Made by a program: the position numbers and the translations under genes. Positions 26,570 through 40,695 of a DNA stretch of 64,000 nt are shown here, one piece after another (position 1 is the first letter of the stretch; the number at the start of each line of letters is the position of its first letter). The stretch is from Spironucleus salmonicida. Lineage: Eukaryota. The notes beneath the pieces were generated by a model. That model did no database searches. It was not told the origin of the DNA and saw only the letters and a list, made by a program, of their open reading frames with translations. The DNA lies in the NCBI RefSeq assembly GCF_000497125.1, contig NC_090600.1, forward strand, positions 806,001 to 870,000, given 5' to 3'.

Positions 26570-26738
26570 AATGGGATAGCCCTCATCAAGTTGAGGTTAA
26601 TCTATAAAGATTCCTCTGGCAGGATGACTGTCTCTTACATCTTCCTTAGCGTGTGCTAAGGATTCCATTACTAGAGATACTTTCTATCGAAGATATGAGG
26701 AACTTCCCCTGAGCGAACTCAGAACCTGCCTTCCCATT
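26570..26738 (-). ncRNA. RNase MRP RNA (compact, ~169 nt)
   Basis: P1 AAUGGGA/UCCCAUU; P2 GGCAGG/CCUGCC; P3 CUGAG-UUCG-CUCAG; P4 AG(U)UCCUC/GAGGGCU; P8 GAUA-GAAAG-UAUC (GARAR loop); ACAGUCA (ANAGNNA) before P2'; P19 AAUCU-UUAU-AGAUU. Confidence 0.85.
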
Positions 26739-26812
26739 AAGAAGTGGTGTTCAAATTTTAATTTTTAAAATGAATATATTAATAGATATAATATATTATA
26801 ATAATATAATTT

Positions 26813-27169
26813 TCACTCTAGATTACTTAGGATTTCCTATTGACCATTCCATAGCTCCTTCATATAAAACTCCTCAATTTACTAAATTCGCTTTTCGATT
26901 TTAAACGTTTTTTTCAATAAATGATTAGCAGCTCTTATACCCATCTTAATTTTTTCATTTATACTTAAATCGGAATCCATGTTTATCTAGTGGTCAATGT
27001 TTATCTCTTCTTAAGCATCTATCTCCTATAATGCATCAGCTAATTATAAAAATTTTGAATCTAATTAAGTTTTAGCGTTAAGTGTTCGGGGTATAGGCCT
27101 CATTCCATGCATTAATGCAAAGGCTTAACCAATATCAGCCTTCTATTATCGTTTTAGTGAATTATCCAT
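26813..27169 (-). CDS. hypothetical protein, 118 aa
   Basis: MDNSLKRQQK...ILSNLE*; ends GAG TGA. Confidence 0.65.
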
Positions 27170-27235
27170 TCAATTAAAAGGAAAGGTATTTATAAAATTA
27201 TGAGTATATAATATTGATTCGGTTTAAATTTGAAG

Positions 27236-27568
27236 TCACTAGTCAAATTAGTTGCAATTATCTACCTCACTTAGATCACCACCACTCATTACATAAAGCA
27301 TCATCAAATTTTAATCATGCACATATAATGCCAGATTTTCCTTAATATGAGTAATTTATTCTTAACTTAATAGTTCTTACTATTCTTCTGGTTCGAATTA
27401 CTCTTCGACTGGACCTTCAGGTATACCCAACTCTCCTAATAAATCATTCATAACATCTCTAAAAACATCAGATGGGCAATGTTCTAATTAACTAGTGCCT
27501 ACTAAAGGTAATATCTGTGGTTTAACAAAGAAGCTTTTAAGATAACGCCAAAGGTTTGATATTATCAT
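27236..27568 (-). CDS. hypothetical acidic protein, 110 aa
   Basis: MIISNLWRYLKSFF...NQFDQ*; ends TAG TGA. Confidence 0.65.
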
Positions 27569-28078
27569 TAAAAGGAGTGACGGATCAAATATTATTGGTA
27601 TTATATATATTATTATTATAATATTTTCTGTAACGTAATAGTAATAATTTAATCATGATAAATTTATCTAGTTACAAATTATTCAAAATTATTTAATAAT
27701 ATCTATATAGATAATTATTTTATTTATTTTATAGAAAACACACATAATGTATTACTTAAAAAAAGATTATTTAACCCAGATTTATTTAAATATGAACTAA
27801 CATTATTTTTCATAATATTAACATTCATGAACTAATAAGGATCATATATCATTTATGTTATCATACTGCAATTCTACAAACAGTTTCAGTTGACATTTAA
27901 TTTATATTTATATATATTAATATATAATTTCCAAAGCTGCGATTGCTTGGATAGTTACGATATAGAAGATTAGAAGAAATTTAGTATTGTGTTTAAATAA
28001 AAATTATGCAAGTCTTGTCAGTTGATTGCTTTAAATATATAAATAGTCTTTATTGAGCTTATTAGCCAATGTTTTTAT

Positions 28079-29242
28079 ATTTGCTCAACTGGAGGGGAGC
28101 TATTTATTTAACAATTAATGTAAATAATTTTACATTACACCAGTATAACTGCCCATTCCAGAAATGCTTGCAGTGCTCTCGTAGTTCATGCACTCTGAAA
28201 AAGTGTATCAACAACTTATTAATACACCCAGGCTTACTTGGAAACCGAAATTTGACCCAGAGTTAACTAGATAAGAGTTTTAAGCTAGACTTTCCCCAAT
28301 TCTTAAATAGAGATCTCAACCGCATGCCCCATTTGCAAGTAATGGAAAGCCCATTGCTAAGTAATTATCTTGGCCAGAGCTTAGACCTAAGTGTGTTGGT
28401 CCAGAAACTGTTCGTGATTAGAACCGGTGCGCATCATGCTGGGCTTTCTCTGCTAGCCACTAGCTTGCTGACAATCTTTGTATTGCCTCCAAAGATGATG
28501 CAAGAACTCCTCTGTCTGAGTAATATCTAGTTGATTGCGATACTCTTGAGGTGGGCTGTACTGGTGGATATCTTCCCTTAGTCTAGAATTTCCTTCAAAA
28601 GACCGGCACAGTCCCAGAAAGTTGCTTATCTTATTAATAATATTAACTGCCATGTGATACTAAGTGTGACGATGGATCTTCTCTTCCCGAGAAGACTCGT
28701 TCTAAAAGTTTTAAATTTGTCTGCCAGAATGAGCAATCAATTCTTGAAGCTCTTCAGATAGGTACTGTGACAACAGCTTTAACCACATATGAAGATTTTT
28801 CATATTATGAAAGTGGAATTTATTAGCATGTATTCGGTGGTCCAGTTGGCGGTCACGCAGTAAATTTCGTCGGATATGGCGAGGAGAACCACGTTAAGTT
28901 TTGGATCCTCAAAAACTCTTGGAGTGCAACTTGGGGTGAAAATGGATTCTTCAGGATTGTAAGAGGGACCAACGATTGTGGCATTGAGGAGCAATGCTAC
29001 TTGATGGACGTCTGACTATATTCTCTATTTTCATTTTTCAATGAAATAAGGCTGCTTTCGAAGATGCATCCATCTCACTACGACAAACACATGCAGTATG
29101 GGCAATGACCTTACATACTTTATTGGATAATTTTCATTGATTTTCAACTTTTATAAATGCATTCATGATAATCTCAAGACATTGGTATGCGCCAAGAAAT
29201 TCTAACTTGTTGATACTATCTATCCAAATTTTATAATCGATT
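28079..29242. repeat. inverted segmental duplication IR2, right arm
   Basis: Reverse complement of 25158-26321. Confidence 0.97.
28164..29015 (+). CDS. cathepsin B-like cysteine protease, copy 2
   Basis: MLAVLSQ...; catalytic Gln (encoded by TAG), Cys, His and Asn all present. Confidence 0.95.
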
Positions 29243-30671
29243 CCAATGCATCAGTAAAATCTAATTTGTTAAGTTACATATAAACAGTTATATTCTTGCG
29301 ATAGATAATGAATATTCTAATAAATTACAAATATTATACAATTTCTATTAGAATTTTAGTAAGACATTTTTGATACACGATATATTAATATAAGTTGTTA
29401 AACACTAAATAATACCATCGATAAGATTAACGTTCGGATGTGATATGATTTTTAATATAATGTTAGTTGCAATATAATTTTAATATTATTTATAGATTAT
29501 TATAGGTATACATTTAACACAAATAATAAATAATAACGTGTTAAAATAACTAATAATCAGTTTTTCCAAGGGTTTTCGTATATATAATTTATGTTAAGTA
29601 TATTAACCCTGTGTATAAATTTGCATGCTAAAGTAGATTTTTATTATTTAATATGTAATTTTACTCCTATAGATTTTAGTGACTATAAATAAGGTTTAAT
29701 GGTTGAAACTATCACACGCTACTAGTAATTATCATTAGAAAAACACCAAAGCTATATTTTACATATTGTCCAAGCAATTACCTAATTTATTGACAATTAC
29801 TGCAAGATAAACCAATTCTAGCTATAAGATTCAAAACAGGACACATAATAGTCATTCACTAAGTTCGAAGGTACCGGCCAGCCTTGCAGAATGTATTAAT
29901 TTGATATCTATAATTTTTAACGCATCTATAAAAGACCCTAGGCGAACCCTAGGCGAGCTAGGAGGTATGCTCTGCTGGAACATGCGGGTCTCATTAAAAT
30001 TTTACTTTGTTATTTGCTTGAGGATGTGCTTCGGTAGCCTCTAAATCCTTTTCATTATGGAAGCTAATATTATTTAGTTTTATTAATTTTTATCTAGATT
30101 TTTAACTACCAGTTTTAATTTCGATATTGCTTTATATATTTATATTATTGCGAATTATCATGAAATTTTGTTTACACATTACTTTTCGAATATATTATAT
30201 TATTATATAATTACAACAAAATATTTTAATCTAATTCCAAAATATAAAATTAGTGCTTATATACACTTAATAATTCACTCCACAATTCTACAAAACCACA
30301 CCCGAACTGCCCACGCGAGACTCTGCAGTCGGCAAAAGCAGTTGGAGCCTGCCATATCGCATTTCTGCTGCACATGGGAGATTTTACAACTCAAGAACAC
30401 CGTTTCTGCCCAGAGGAGCACCCACTACCGGAGCGGTTTGAGTTCACTTTCAGCGAAAGAGGCTCGCAACGTGGCCCGTGTTTGGAAGGGGGAAAAGAAA
30501 AGAATAGGAATATGTAAAATAATGCATTATACCTCCCGTAAACTTGAATGCCATCGCGTTTCAAGTTTACGCGCGCCGCCATACTTTTTCTGTGCAGTGA
30601 AAACCACAGTCCCGGGAAGGCCATTTCGGAGCGAATTTAGGAGATTTCAGCACATTCTGGGACAGCTTATA

Positions 30672-31142
30672 TCAGCAGGCGAGCCAGGAAACTCGTGCTG
30701 CGAAGTAGCGCCGCGGCGCTAATTGGAAACTGTGCGAAACTTGTATGCAGATTGCACGCCCTGCTTATATCACTTCGCGATAAACTATAAACCAGAATTT
30801 GTACAAACTGACGCACTCCGTCTGCAATAAGGCATGCATTTGTGAGCGTTATATCAGCAGGCGCAAATCGCGCGGCTAGAGCCGTGTTCTGGGCAGCTTG
30901 CTCAGAAGATGCGGCCCTAAAACGCTGCTTTTGACGGGCTAGTCTTCTGGAAAACTGGAAGGCTGCTGGACGCAAATCACACGCGGCGGCTGCTGGTTTT
31001 CGTTGGTTTTGCTAGTACCGTCCAGTAAGGCAATTGGCGACTCCAAGCGCGATATTGGACCTAGAGGGCTGACATTAATTTGCTGCTCAATTTTGATATT
31101 TTTAAGCTAGTCACAGCGTGATGTAATTGTGGTTATGAGCAT
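30672..31142 (-). CDS. possible hypothetical protein, 156 aa
   Basis: Code-6 ORF MLITTITSRCD..., divergent from the GH77 gene; no recognisable motifs. Confidence 0.3.
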
Positions 31143-31239
31143 TCATTATTGAGTGGTAAGCAAATACGATTTTTTTATTGTCTTATATATTATATAATAT
31201 TATAATCATAAATAATTTTGTAACTTACACCAAATCAGA

Positions 31240-32886
31240 ATGAGGTATACTTTTACACTGGCGAGCTACAATCTCCAGGAAGGCGAAGTACTGAGAGTGG
31301 TGTCTAAATGCAGTGACTTTCCGGTGGATGGAATAGACCTCATATATAAAAATGAGCAGCTGTAAGGTTCGGTTATAATTTCTAAACCATTTCCGCCCCA
31401 AACGACGTATAGTTATGTCTCTAACCTAAATGACACGTATTCTGATCTAAGATTAATGTAGTTTTAATCAGTAAATGTAGCCCTATATGATGATTTTGAA
31501 CCTTCATCCAGGGACCCTTGGAACATTTCACCATTAAAAACCATCTTTCCAACCATTAAACCCGAACGCTCCATAATCGACTCCAATATTTCTACGTCTG
31601 CATTTAATTGTGTCTTGGTGTTCCGAGTCTTAGCCGCATACCCTGTGAGCCGTATGAGCGTATGTGGCTCGTTTACAAACTGGACAGACAACCTCCCCAT
31701 GCGATACGTTGGAAACCGGTCCTTTGAGGCAGAGCTTCAACTACCGAAAAATCAGTTTATCCAGTTCAAGTATTTTGCTGACGACTACGAAGCGGGGGAG
31801 CACAGGAATATTACCGCATCTGAGCCCATAACGGTCATTAACTCATTTTTCAGATTCGGTGATAACCGGCTGAAACTTGGCGGTCTGACCGTGGACATGG
31901 ACGTGCTAGCTCTAAACTATTCGAACTTGAAGACTGTAACCGATATTGCCGCCCAGAGCAGGCTTAGTGGCGTAAAACTGCTGCAGAATACACAGTGTGT
32001 GAGCTCATTTGCACTGAACCCGATATATCTGGATACCTCACTTTTAACCCTATCAGGTGACAAGGTGCTCCCCGGTGAAGCGCACATGCGTGCGTGGTGG
32101 GCGCAGAACGGCAACAATATTTTGCTCTAAAAGGCGCGGAACTGGGCCAAAAGTGCTGTAATAACATACTGGCTGCCCGGCTACTGCCTATTCATGGCTC
32201 TATCACACGAGTTCGGCTCTACAGACCCCATTACATGGCCAGAAACTTCCTTCTTCAACTAGTGTGCTTTTGAAGTGCTGAGCCCTCTGGAACGGGAAAC
32301 GTTCATTTTAGGCTTCTCGGGATTGGGGGTGCTTCAGGACGAGCTAGACACGTAACTTTACCTACAATTCGTGCTACACGGGCAGCTTCTGGGTGCAGCT
32401 CGCTACGCGGCCGAGCGGCGTATTTTCTTGCAGGGTGACTTAGAGCTAGCGGGGTCAGCGCACCCTCACGATGTCTGGCAGTTTGGAGCACTCCGGTATA
32501 ATTTTGCAGGGGCAGATTCCGCCGGCATCCTACACGCTGGGCGGATTTTTTCGTTGAAGGCGCTATATTTCGGGGCTTTTGAGCTGCTGGGGATTGCAGA
32601 TGTTTGGGAAGGTGATTTTTACGACAATTTCAGGCAGCTGAAGAGACTGACGAATAATATGCTAATAGTAGACTATTGTGATGGTGCACTCGAGCGGCTG
32701 GGAATTCTGTCACGCGATAAAGGCTGGCTAAGCTAGAGCTCATTTAAGAGCGAGGCATTGGTAGCGTATCTAGATTTAAGCTCATTTTTAGGCTGTTCTA
32801 GATAGTTATAGCTCTAGAAAGGTTGTGTGGATGAGTTGGGTGTAGAGCTATTAAAAATTGCAGAAAGTACAGGAAGGGCGTAGTGA
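31240..32886 (+). CDS. degenerate 4-alpha-glucanotransferase (DPE2-like: carbohydrate-binding modules plus GH77), 548 aa
   Basis: VCGSFTNW..QFKYF (CBM); SSFALNPIYLD; WLPGYCLFMAL; LHGQL..AAERRIFLQGDL..DVW. Confidence 0.8.
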
Positions 32887-33390
32887 GGGATGAATATTGA
32901 TTCGAAAATAGGCGTGTAGAGATGTAAATAGTTTTATTGGTCATTTCACATGAGAATGAATATAGTAGGTGGAGGTAAGAATTCGTACATCTGAGTGTGG
33001 TGTGAATGAAGGTTAATTTATTATCAAATAATAATGACAATAAATTTTTAAAAAACGATTTATCATTTTGTGCACATAAAAAATTACTCATTTAAAAGAT
33101 ATTAATAAAGTAAATAATTTCAAATTTTAATTTGATAAATATTATATAATATAATCATAATGTTGATAATTAGTTAGTTTCGTCTAAGTTCAAGCTCACT
33201 ATAATATGATAACTCATCATTTAGAAATTGTATTAATTCGGAGTATTAATTGTATTTTATAAAAATTAAAGTACTATTAAAATTAATTTTACTAAAATAG
33301 ATTATTCATATATTCTACTACTTAATATATGGACTTGTTAACAGTATTTGTTATATATTTATTATAATATACTTTATATAAAAACGAAAA

Positions 33391-36300
33391 ATGTTTCTAA
33401 CATTGAACGTTATTTTAATAGAAAAAGCAGATGACTTTAGACAGCTTAATATACTTAAGGATGCTAATTTTGCTATTCTTACGGATTTGACAATATAAGT
33501 GTCAGAATCTTCCTCAATAAAGCAGTTTAGTGGGGCCCTATCTGGAGCGCGTAATACATTAAAAATAACTGATATTCAATAAGGAAGTATGTTTATAGAG
33601 AACTTGTCTGGTTTTCTTAGTAATATTAGAATAATTTTAGAATTCGAAATTTAAATTTCTATCCTATTGATTTAACAGTTGAACGGAGCTACTATTTACG
33701 ATTCTTGGTTTCTAATTGAAAGTAGTAATATAAATAATAACGTAGATATTTCATATTTTAACGAAATCTTTAATTCCGAATTCACCAGATGCAATTTTGC
33801 TATTACTTGCAATATAATTTTTAAGACAGACGTTAAAATTTTTGGACTATCCAAAACCATAGATAGCTTGAATTCTAGATTTTTACATATAAATTTGTAA
33901 ATATCTAATTCATCTTAAGTATTTGGACTCTGTAAAATGCTCAATAACGGTTTTCCAGTTGCTATTGTTCTTGATATAAAAGACTCTAACTAACTATTTG
34001 GGATAGCTTCAAGTTGTGTTGGTACTTTGTCATAAGTTAAGGTTAACATAATAGGGAGGGAGGTTAATGAAATTTATGGAATTTCATAAAATGCTAATAA
34101 TATTATCAGTTGCTAGATTATATTAGAAATCTGTTCTTATTCTTCATTGCCAAATATTAATATATATGGGGTTACTGATATATTGTAGGGTAACATAGCA
34201 AAATTGAAACTATAAATTAGGGTAATTTCATAGAACGCAGGAAATATTTTTATAGATTAAATAGCATAATAGATAAATTATAATATCAAAATATCTAATA
34301 TTGCAATTCAATCATATTATGAAAAATTAGATACTACATTCTTAATAACATTATTAGCCAGGAATAGTATAGAAAATGTTGAAATAGCTTCTATATCCTG
34401 TAATTCATCATTACTAATGGAAAATTCATAATCATAAGGGATTTCATACTTCTATAATAATTTGAAGAATGTTTAGCTAGATGAAGTATCACTGAATTTA
34501 ACTATTAAAGGAGATCATGATGGAGAATTTAGTAGTTTTGGTATCGGGAAGATAAATTAAAACTGTAAGTTTACCAATATCTCATATAATTTTAATATTT
34601 AAATAAATAAAATAGGATACTGTTTAAATACGTACAGTTTGGGATTAGAAACAGATAATCTAGTTATTTAGAATGCTTCATTTCATAATTATATTAACAT
34701 AAAACAGGGCTAATATCATAATAAAGGTGTTATATTTGGTATATGTAAATCTATAAAATCGAGTATATTAAATTATATAATTGTTTAAAATGAAATAAAG
34801 ATAGAGTTATTAGGTATATCTTAATTTAGTGGGGTTGCGGAGAAAATTATGGATACTAATATTAATTTCATAATAGTAAGTGGGAATATTGAATTATAAA
34901 ATACTGGAATGTTCTTTGGTGTTGTACCTACTTTTAAAAGAAATATTTTAAAGAATCTTCTTATGAATTTTGTCATTAATACCCCTGAAAGCTCAAATTG
35001 CGATATTATGTTTGATAATTCACACGATAATAAACTTTATAATATAGTTGATTAATCTACAGTTATAAACAGTGTAGATGACGCCTTTATTGTCGTATAA
35101 CAGAGCGGGAATATTTATGAGAATATGTATATAGTTAATGCATCTGGTAAACAAAATGGATCATATACTATAAGTTATGATGCTATGAAAGCTGGGGCTG
35201 AGGTTAATATTTTATTAGCAACTGGTGACTGGATAGTGGATTAAAAAAATAGTGGCTTGGTTCGGTTAAAAGGATTCTTTTCTGTTGATATTACTGGATT
35301 CGTAGAAGAAGTTATACCAGAAATTTAACCATTCACTTAATAATAAATAAAGAAATAAATATTAATAAATATTAAAAATTAAGAAAATCTATGCATACTT
35401 TAGTGCTAAGGTACGTTTAATGGCCGATCTTTGACATGTAAAGATGGATATAAAGGTTAAAATTGTGATGAATATTAATGCAAACCAGGATTTTGCTAAG
35501 ACGGTGTGTCATGTGATGAACTTAAAGGTTGCTAATGTAAGGAAGGAAAAACTGGAGAGTAATGTTAAATTGATCTTTGTAAGTTTTGTTTTGGTGGGGC
35601 TAATAGCTGTAATTTTATACCGAAATTCCCAAGGTGTAATAACGATTAAACATCAACATGTTATCATGGCTAGGTTGTTAACAATTTATGTATTTGTTTT
35701 AATGGGTATGCGAATAAGTATAGTATTTGTGATACATTTGAATGTCGGAATAAACTTGATTGCAATGATAATACTTGTTATGATAGGCACTGCCATTGTT
35801 CTGAACGATAAGGTGGGATCAGCTGTTAGTTTTGTATAGATCCAAATTAGGAAGATTGTAAAACACCTTGTAGTAAAGAATGGTGTTAGTATGGTGTAGG
35901 ATGTGTATATTTAACTGGTAATAGTGGAATTTGGGAATGTTCAGCATGTTTAGTAGGGTATAAATCGCCTTTGTGTAAAGACTGTGTAGTTGGATATGTT
36001 AAACAAGGTCAAAAATGTCTTTAAAAATGTGAAGAGTGTCATACCGGGGACTGCTATTTTCTAGAACCATGTGCTCAGCCAGCCGCACAATGTAATACTA
36101 AATGCGTATCATGCTTACCAGGCATCAGCGGCGAAAGATGTGACAAATGCCCAGTTGGCTAGCAATTTTATGAATACTCTTGCTACCCCTTAGAAGACGA
36201 GAAGCTAACCAATGGAGTGTGCATTAAGATTGAATCGAAGACTATCTGTTTTTCTTGCCTTGCAGATTTTATTTTGATTGACGATTAATGCATTTTCTAG

Positions 36301-39300
36301 TGTCTTCCCACAAATTGTATTAATGGTGAGTGTTAACCCGACCAATCTTGTCTGTGTAAACGCTACGCCCTGGGAAAACATTGTGATTCTTGTTAGTCAG
36401 GTACGGGTAGCTTTATGGGATAATGCCTTTAAATATGTAATGGATGTAACGGAGATTGTTACTATGATCGTGGAGAGATAGTATGTTCTTCTTGTAATGA
36501 TAATTTTTAAGGACCTACATGTTAGGGGTGTTAGATAGGGTTTATCAATATAGGGACTGAATGCCTAGAAGTCTGTCAAAAATGCTAAGGTGATAGATGC
36601 TATATTACTATTTCTGGTAACTTTGTATGTTTGGGCCCATGCTAAGCCGGATATATCTTGGGCGGTTGCTTTACTTGTGATACATCTAATGGGTTTGTGG
36701 CGGCTCTTGGCGGATGTTTTCAGCAATGCACCACGTGCCCCTAGGGGACCTGCTTCCAGACTCCATCCGGAATACAGTGTTCGAGCTGCTCTGGATCGTT
36801 CACTGGCCAGTAGTGCGATGTTTGCCTGGATGGTTTTGTCTTCGCTGAAGGCATGTGCCATACATAGGTAACCGACGATGAATGCTACATTGACGGGACT
36901 GGGAATATGATCTGCTTGCAATGCCTCGCAGGCAAGGTTCTCGTCGACCAGCAATGTCTAGTAAAGTGCGTGCTTCCAGACTGCGCGGGGGAGTGCTATC
37001 ACAAGGTCCCCTCACACTTTTGCCGCAGCTGTTACATTGGGTTTATATTCCATGAGAACAAGTGCTACCCGCCCACTTCAAACCCGAACGGGGACTGTTT
37101 CGTTCTTCAAGACAGAACGTTATGTAGTTGCTACAAAGGGTACGCTGGACCCTCTTGTGACGAGTGCTCGGAGCTGGAGAAAGGGGGCAGCTGCTACTAC
37201 CGAAACGACGTAGCCACCGGGTCTTGTTTCAGTAACGCCGACGACTCTCTGGATAGCTTCTGCCAGCAGTGCTAGTACAACTACGCGATGCCGCTCTGTC
37301 TCAGCTGCGCAATGGGATACGCAATGGATTCATCTGGTGAGTGCAACGAGTGCCAGCCTGGTTACACCAGCTCCAATTCTCTGCCTCCGAGCGAGAGAGC
37401 AATTATTGGAGATAATAGGTGTCTGATTTCGTGCGCAGATTGCGCTCAGGGGAACTGCTTCTATGCGGGAGAGTCGATCTTATGCGCGTCCTGTTCGCCT
37501 GGCTACGCTATTTCCACAAACTGTCTCTAGTGCGAGGATGGCTTTGCTGAGTTCGGGGGCTACTGCCTTACCTCTGGTACCAGTTCCTGTGGGGAGGACA
37601 ACTCCGGCGATACGTATTGTACAACGTGCGGGCCATAGTAGTAGTCCTTCAACTGCTCCTTGTGCACAGTAGAGGGCACTTTCGGGTCGGATTGTAAGCA
37701 GCACGCAACTCACTTCCCCGGAGAGTGCTACTAAACTAGTAGCACCGTAACATGTACAGATGCACCGTGCCTTAGTTTTGACATAGCATCTAATTAGTGT
37801 CTTATCTGCAGGTCAGATCTTATAAATATAAAGGGATATTGCGGAACGATTACTCTCCCACAAAACGACAAACTGCGAGGTAATTGCATAAATGTAGGCG
37901 CTTACTAGGTATGTGGTACGTGTTAAAAAGGCTGGTCTGGAAATATCTGTTCAGAATGTGATAAAGGATACACAACATGTGAATGCCACACTGAATAGTT
38001 TTCACGATGTTGCTGTCTACTAGAATCTACGAGAAACGGAGTTTGTTATAAAAGTTAGTGGGAACTTATACTATGTGAATACTGCGGTCCTAATTATATA
38101 TTGGTATCAAAAAGATGTGTTAAATAGATTATAACTTCAAGTAATTTGTTAAAGATAATTTTAATATCTCTGCTTATTATACTGATATTAGTAGTAATAT
38201 TAGTATTTATATTTAAAACAACTAAAAGAACTAAGCGCTTGATGATAATTTATTCAAAAAAACGTATAAAACATATTGGGCCGCATCTTGTATTTGTTAT
38301 ATTATCCTAGGCATTAGCAATTATTATTGCAATCCAGGATGTTTATATTGACGACTTTTTCATGTAAATTTCAGTAAATATCTTCTCAATGATACCATTC
38401 ATACTGGTATTCTTCTTTTTAGCTGTTCCAACATATAAGTAATTTTTCTATAATCTACCGTCGCACTTCTTTCTTTTTGTATTATCAGCACTAATCGAAC
38501 TTAGTTTTCACTTTGTGCAATACATTGCAGTAACTGATGTTGTGTAAGATTTCGGAGAATAAATTTATAAGATTGCTGGACCCCTGGTTACACTTTTTAT
38601 GTGTATATTTCTTGCTGGTTTTAGGTTTAAATTATAATAAAAACTGTCAGTATTTATAGCAGTTGCATTGCCTATCGTCACCTAAATAGTATATGCCATA
38701 TAAAAATCCTTAGACCCAGGGTATTTTTCTTAGTCATCGGATTCGAATATTATGTTTGGATAATTAATGGTATATGCAGCAATTGTTTTAAACGGAGCTT
38801 AATTTTATCTTTTTGATATAATTCTTGGTAAATACGGTGAGGTAGGTGCAATAGGTAGACTATCGATAGCTTCCTTTATAGTAAATGGCACAATTGGTAT
38901 AATATATCCAGGAGAAATCTTTAACGCTGTTCTATAATACGATGTATTTTTTTCTAGTCTTTGCACCCAAATATTTTTTAATGTCATTAATGTTATTATA
39001 ATGATGCATATATCAGCAGTAGAATTTGGTATAAACTTAATTTCCTCGGCAATCTGGGCATAGTTCATCACTTCAATAGGAGATTTTGAGATAGCAAGAC
39101 GAAATAATTATTCAAGCTCGTAGTTAGAAATATTATTGTAATCAGTTTCACTTATTATAGTGTTTGTAAGTCTTTTATATTTTAATTTATAAGGCTCCCA
39201 TTGGTATCATAGGAAAAATGTACGACTTTAAGAGGGATATTTTGGAATAACTGGTGTTAAAAGAATTTTTAAAACACGAAAACAGTATGTATAATACCTT

Positions 39301-39648
39301 TGTGATATTCGATAGTAAGAAAATCCTGATAAGAACAATATCAAGTCGAAAAAACTTTTAGCTATGATGTTAAACAATGATAGTACTAGTAATGATGATG
39401 AGAGTATAAATAATTTAACAAAAATTCCAAATTCTACATTTGAGGAACCCTTAGTTATTAATTACTAATAGCCGGATACTCATACATGTTCCATTAAATA
39501 ATATAATGCTTTGGGTAGCAAATTAACCATATAAGATCAAAGCAATATGTTTCCAACAATTCAACTTGCTTCATAGGAAATATCATATAGTCCAATAAAA
39601 GCAGATTTAAAACTACAAACGTTTTTAGATGTTTAAAACTTTAAGTGA
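33391..39648 (+). CDS. giant cysteine-rich membrane protein B, 2085 aa, paralogue of 14552-20800
   Basis: Shares LSGARNTLKI, the Cys-rich repeats and the C-terminal multi-TM domain; single code-6 frame ending AAG TGA. Confidence 0.85.
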
Positions 39649-40524
39649 GTTTTATTTTATAAAAATTTTTGCAAATATATTTATATTTCGACATATGAAC
39701 TAAAAAATAGGGTAACTTGCATTCATCAATTTCAGATTGTAAAAGAAAAATCAGCAGAGATACTAATATTAATTTAAGTATAATTTATGATGAATTTTAG
39801 TTTCTTAACTCGGACAGTGTAAGCAATAAAATGACATATAAAACTAAAAGTAAATAATAATTTATTTTCATTATTTAGTAAAACTTAATACGGAATAGTG
39901 ACTACTTATTCTGGTTACAATAAATAATTGTATATCTGATATTTATTTTATTCAAAATCCAATTTTTATAATGTTCAATTGAATCTGATATGTAAGGAAT
40001 TCATGGTTTATCTAATAATTTATTATGTAAATAAAAATTATCTTTATATGTATATAGATTAGTTCTAATAAACTATTAATCCAGTATGTATAATATCTAG
40101 AAATATTGTGCTAAATAATTTCATTAAATATTAGCAGGATTAATCTTATATTCGTAAAAATATTCATAAGATAATTTTACCAATAACTATGCTAAATTAT
40201 TAACATATTTTTAAATTTCAACATATATCATTTAATTATAATTATCCGACTTAATAGCTACGTGACTGCCAAAAATCATAGACCATAAGAAGTAAAAATA
40301 TTTATTGCTTAGAATAAAGTATTGTAATGTAAGATGTAAACAGTATAAGAATATTATCCTTACTAGTCTATTTATTAATTACTATCATAGAATTGAATGC
40401 AATAACTTAAGATGGAATAAATATTTATCTATTATCTAGTAAATAAATGGAGTTTAAATTATTTAATTAAGCAATATAAATTATATATTATAATTAATAA
40501 AGATAACTTTCTTTTCAATTTAGT

Positions 40525-40695
40525 ATGACGAGAGGAAACTAGAGAGATACTGACCGCGAAAGATCTAGAAAAAGAAACGAATAGAACTAAAAGCAAGAAA
40601 AACGTGGTGATTAAACCCAAACCATGGAAAATAATGCTAATATTATGAGAGAAAAGTAGAGACTGGCTGAAGAAAAAAGAAAGGCAGAGTAATGA
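40525..40695 (+). CDS. SERF: small EDRK-rich factor (4F5/SERF), 56 aa
   Basis: MTRGNQRDTDRERSRK...ANIMREKQ. Confidence 0.9.

Noticed and set aside
26514-26737. Minus-strand ORF MGRQVLSSLRG...
   Set aside because: Better explained by the RNase MRP RNA structure.
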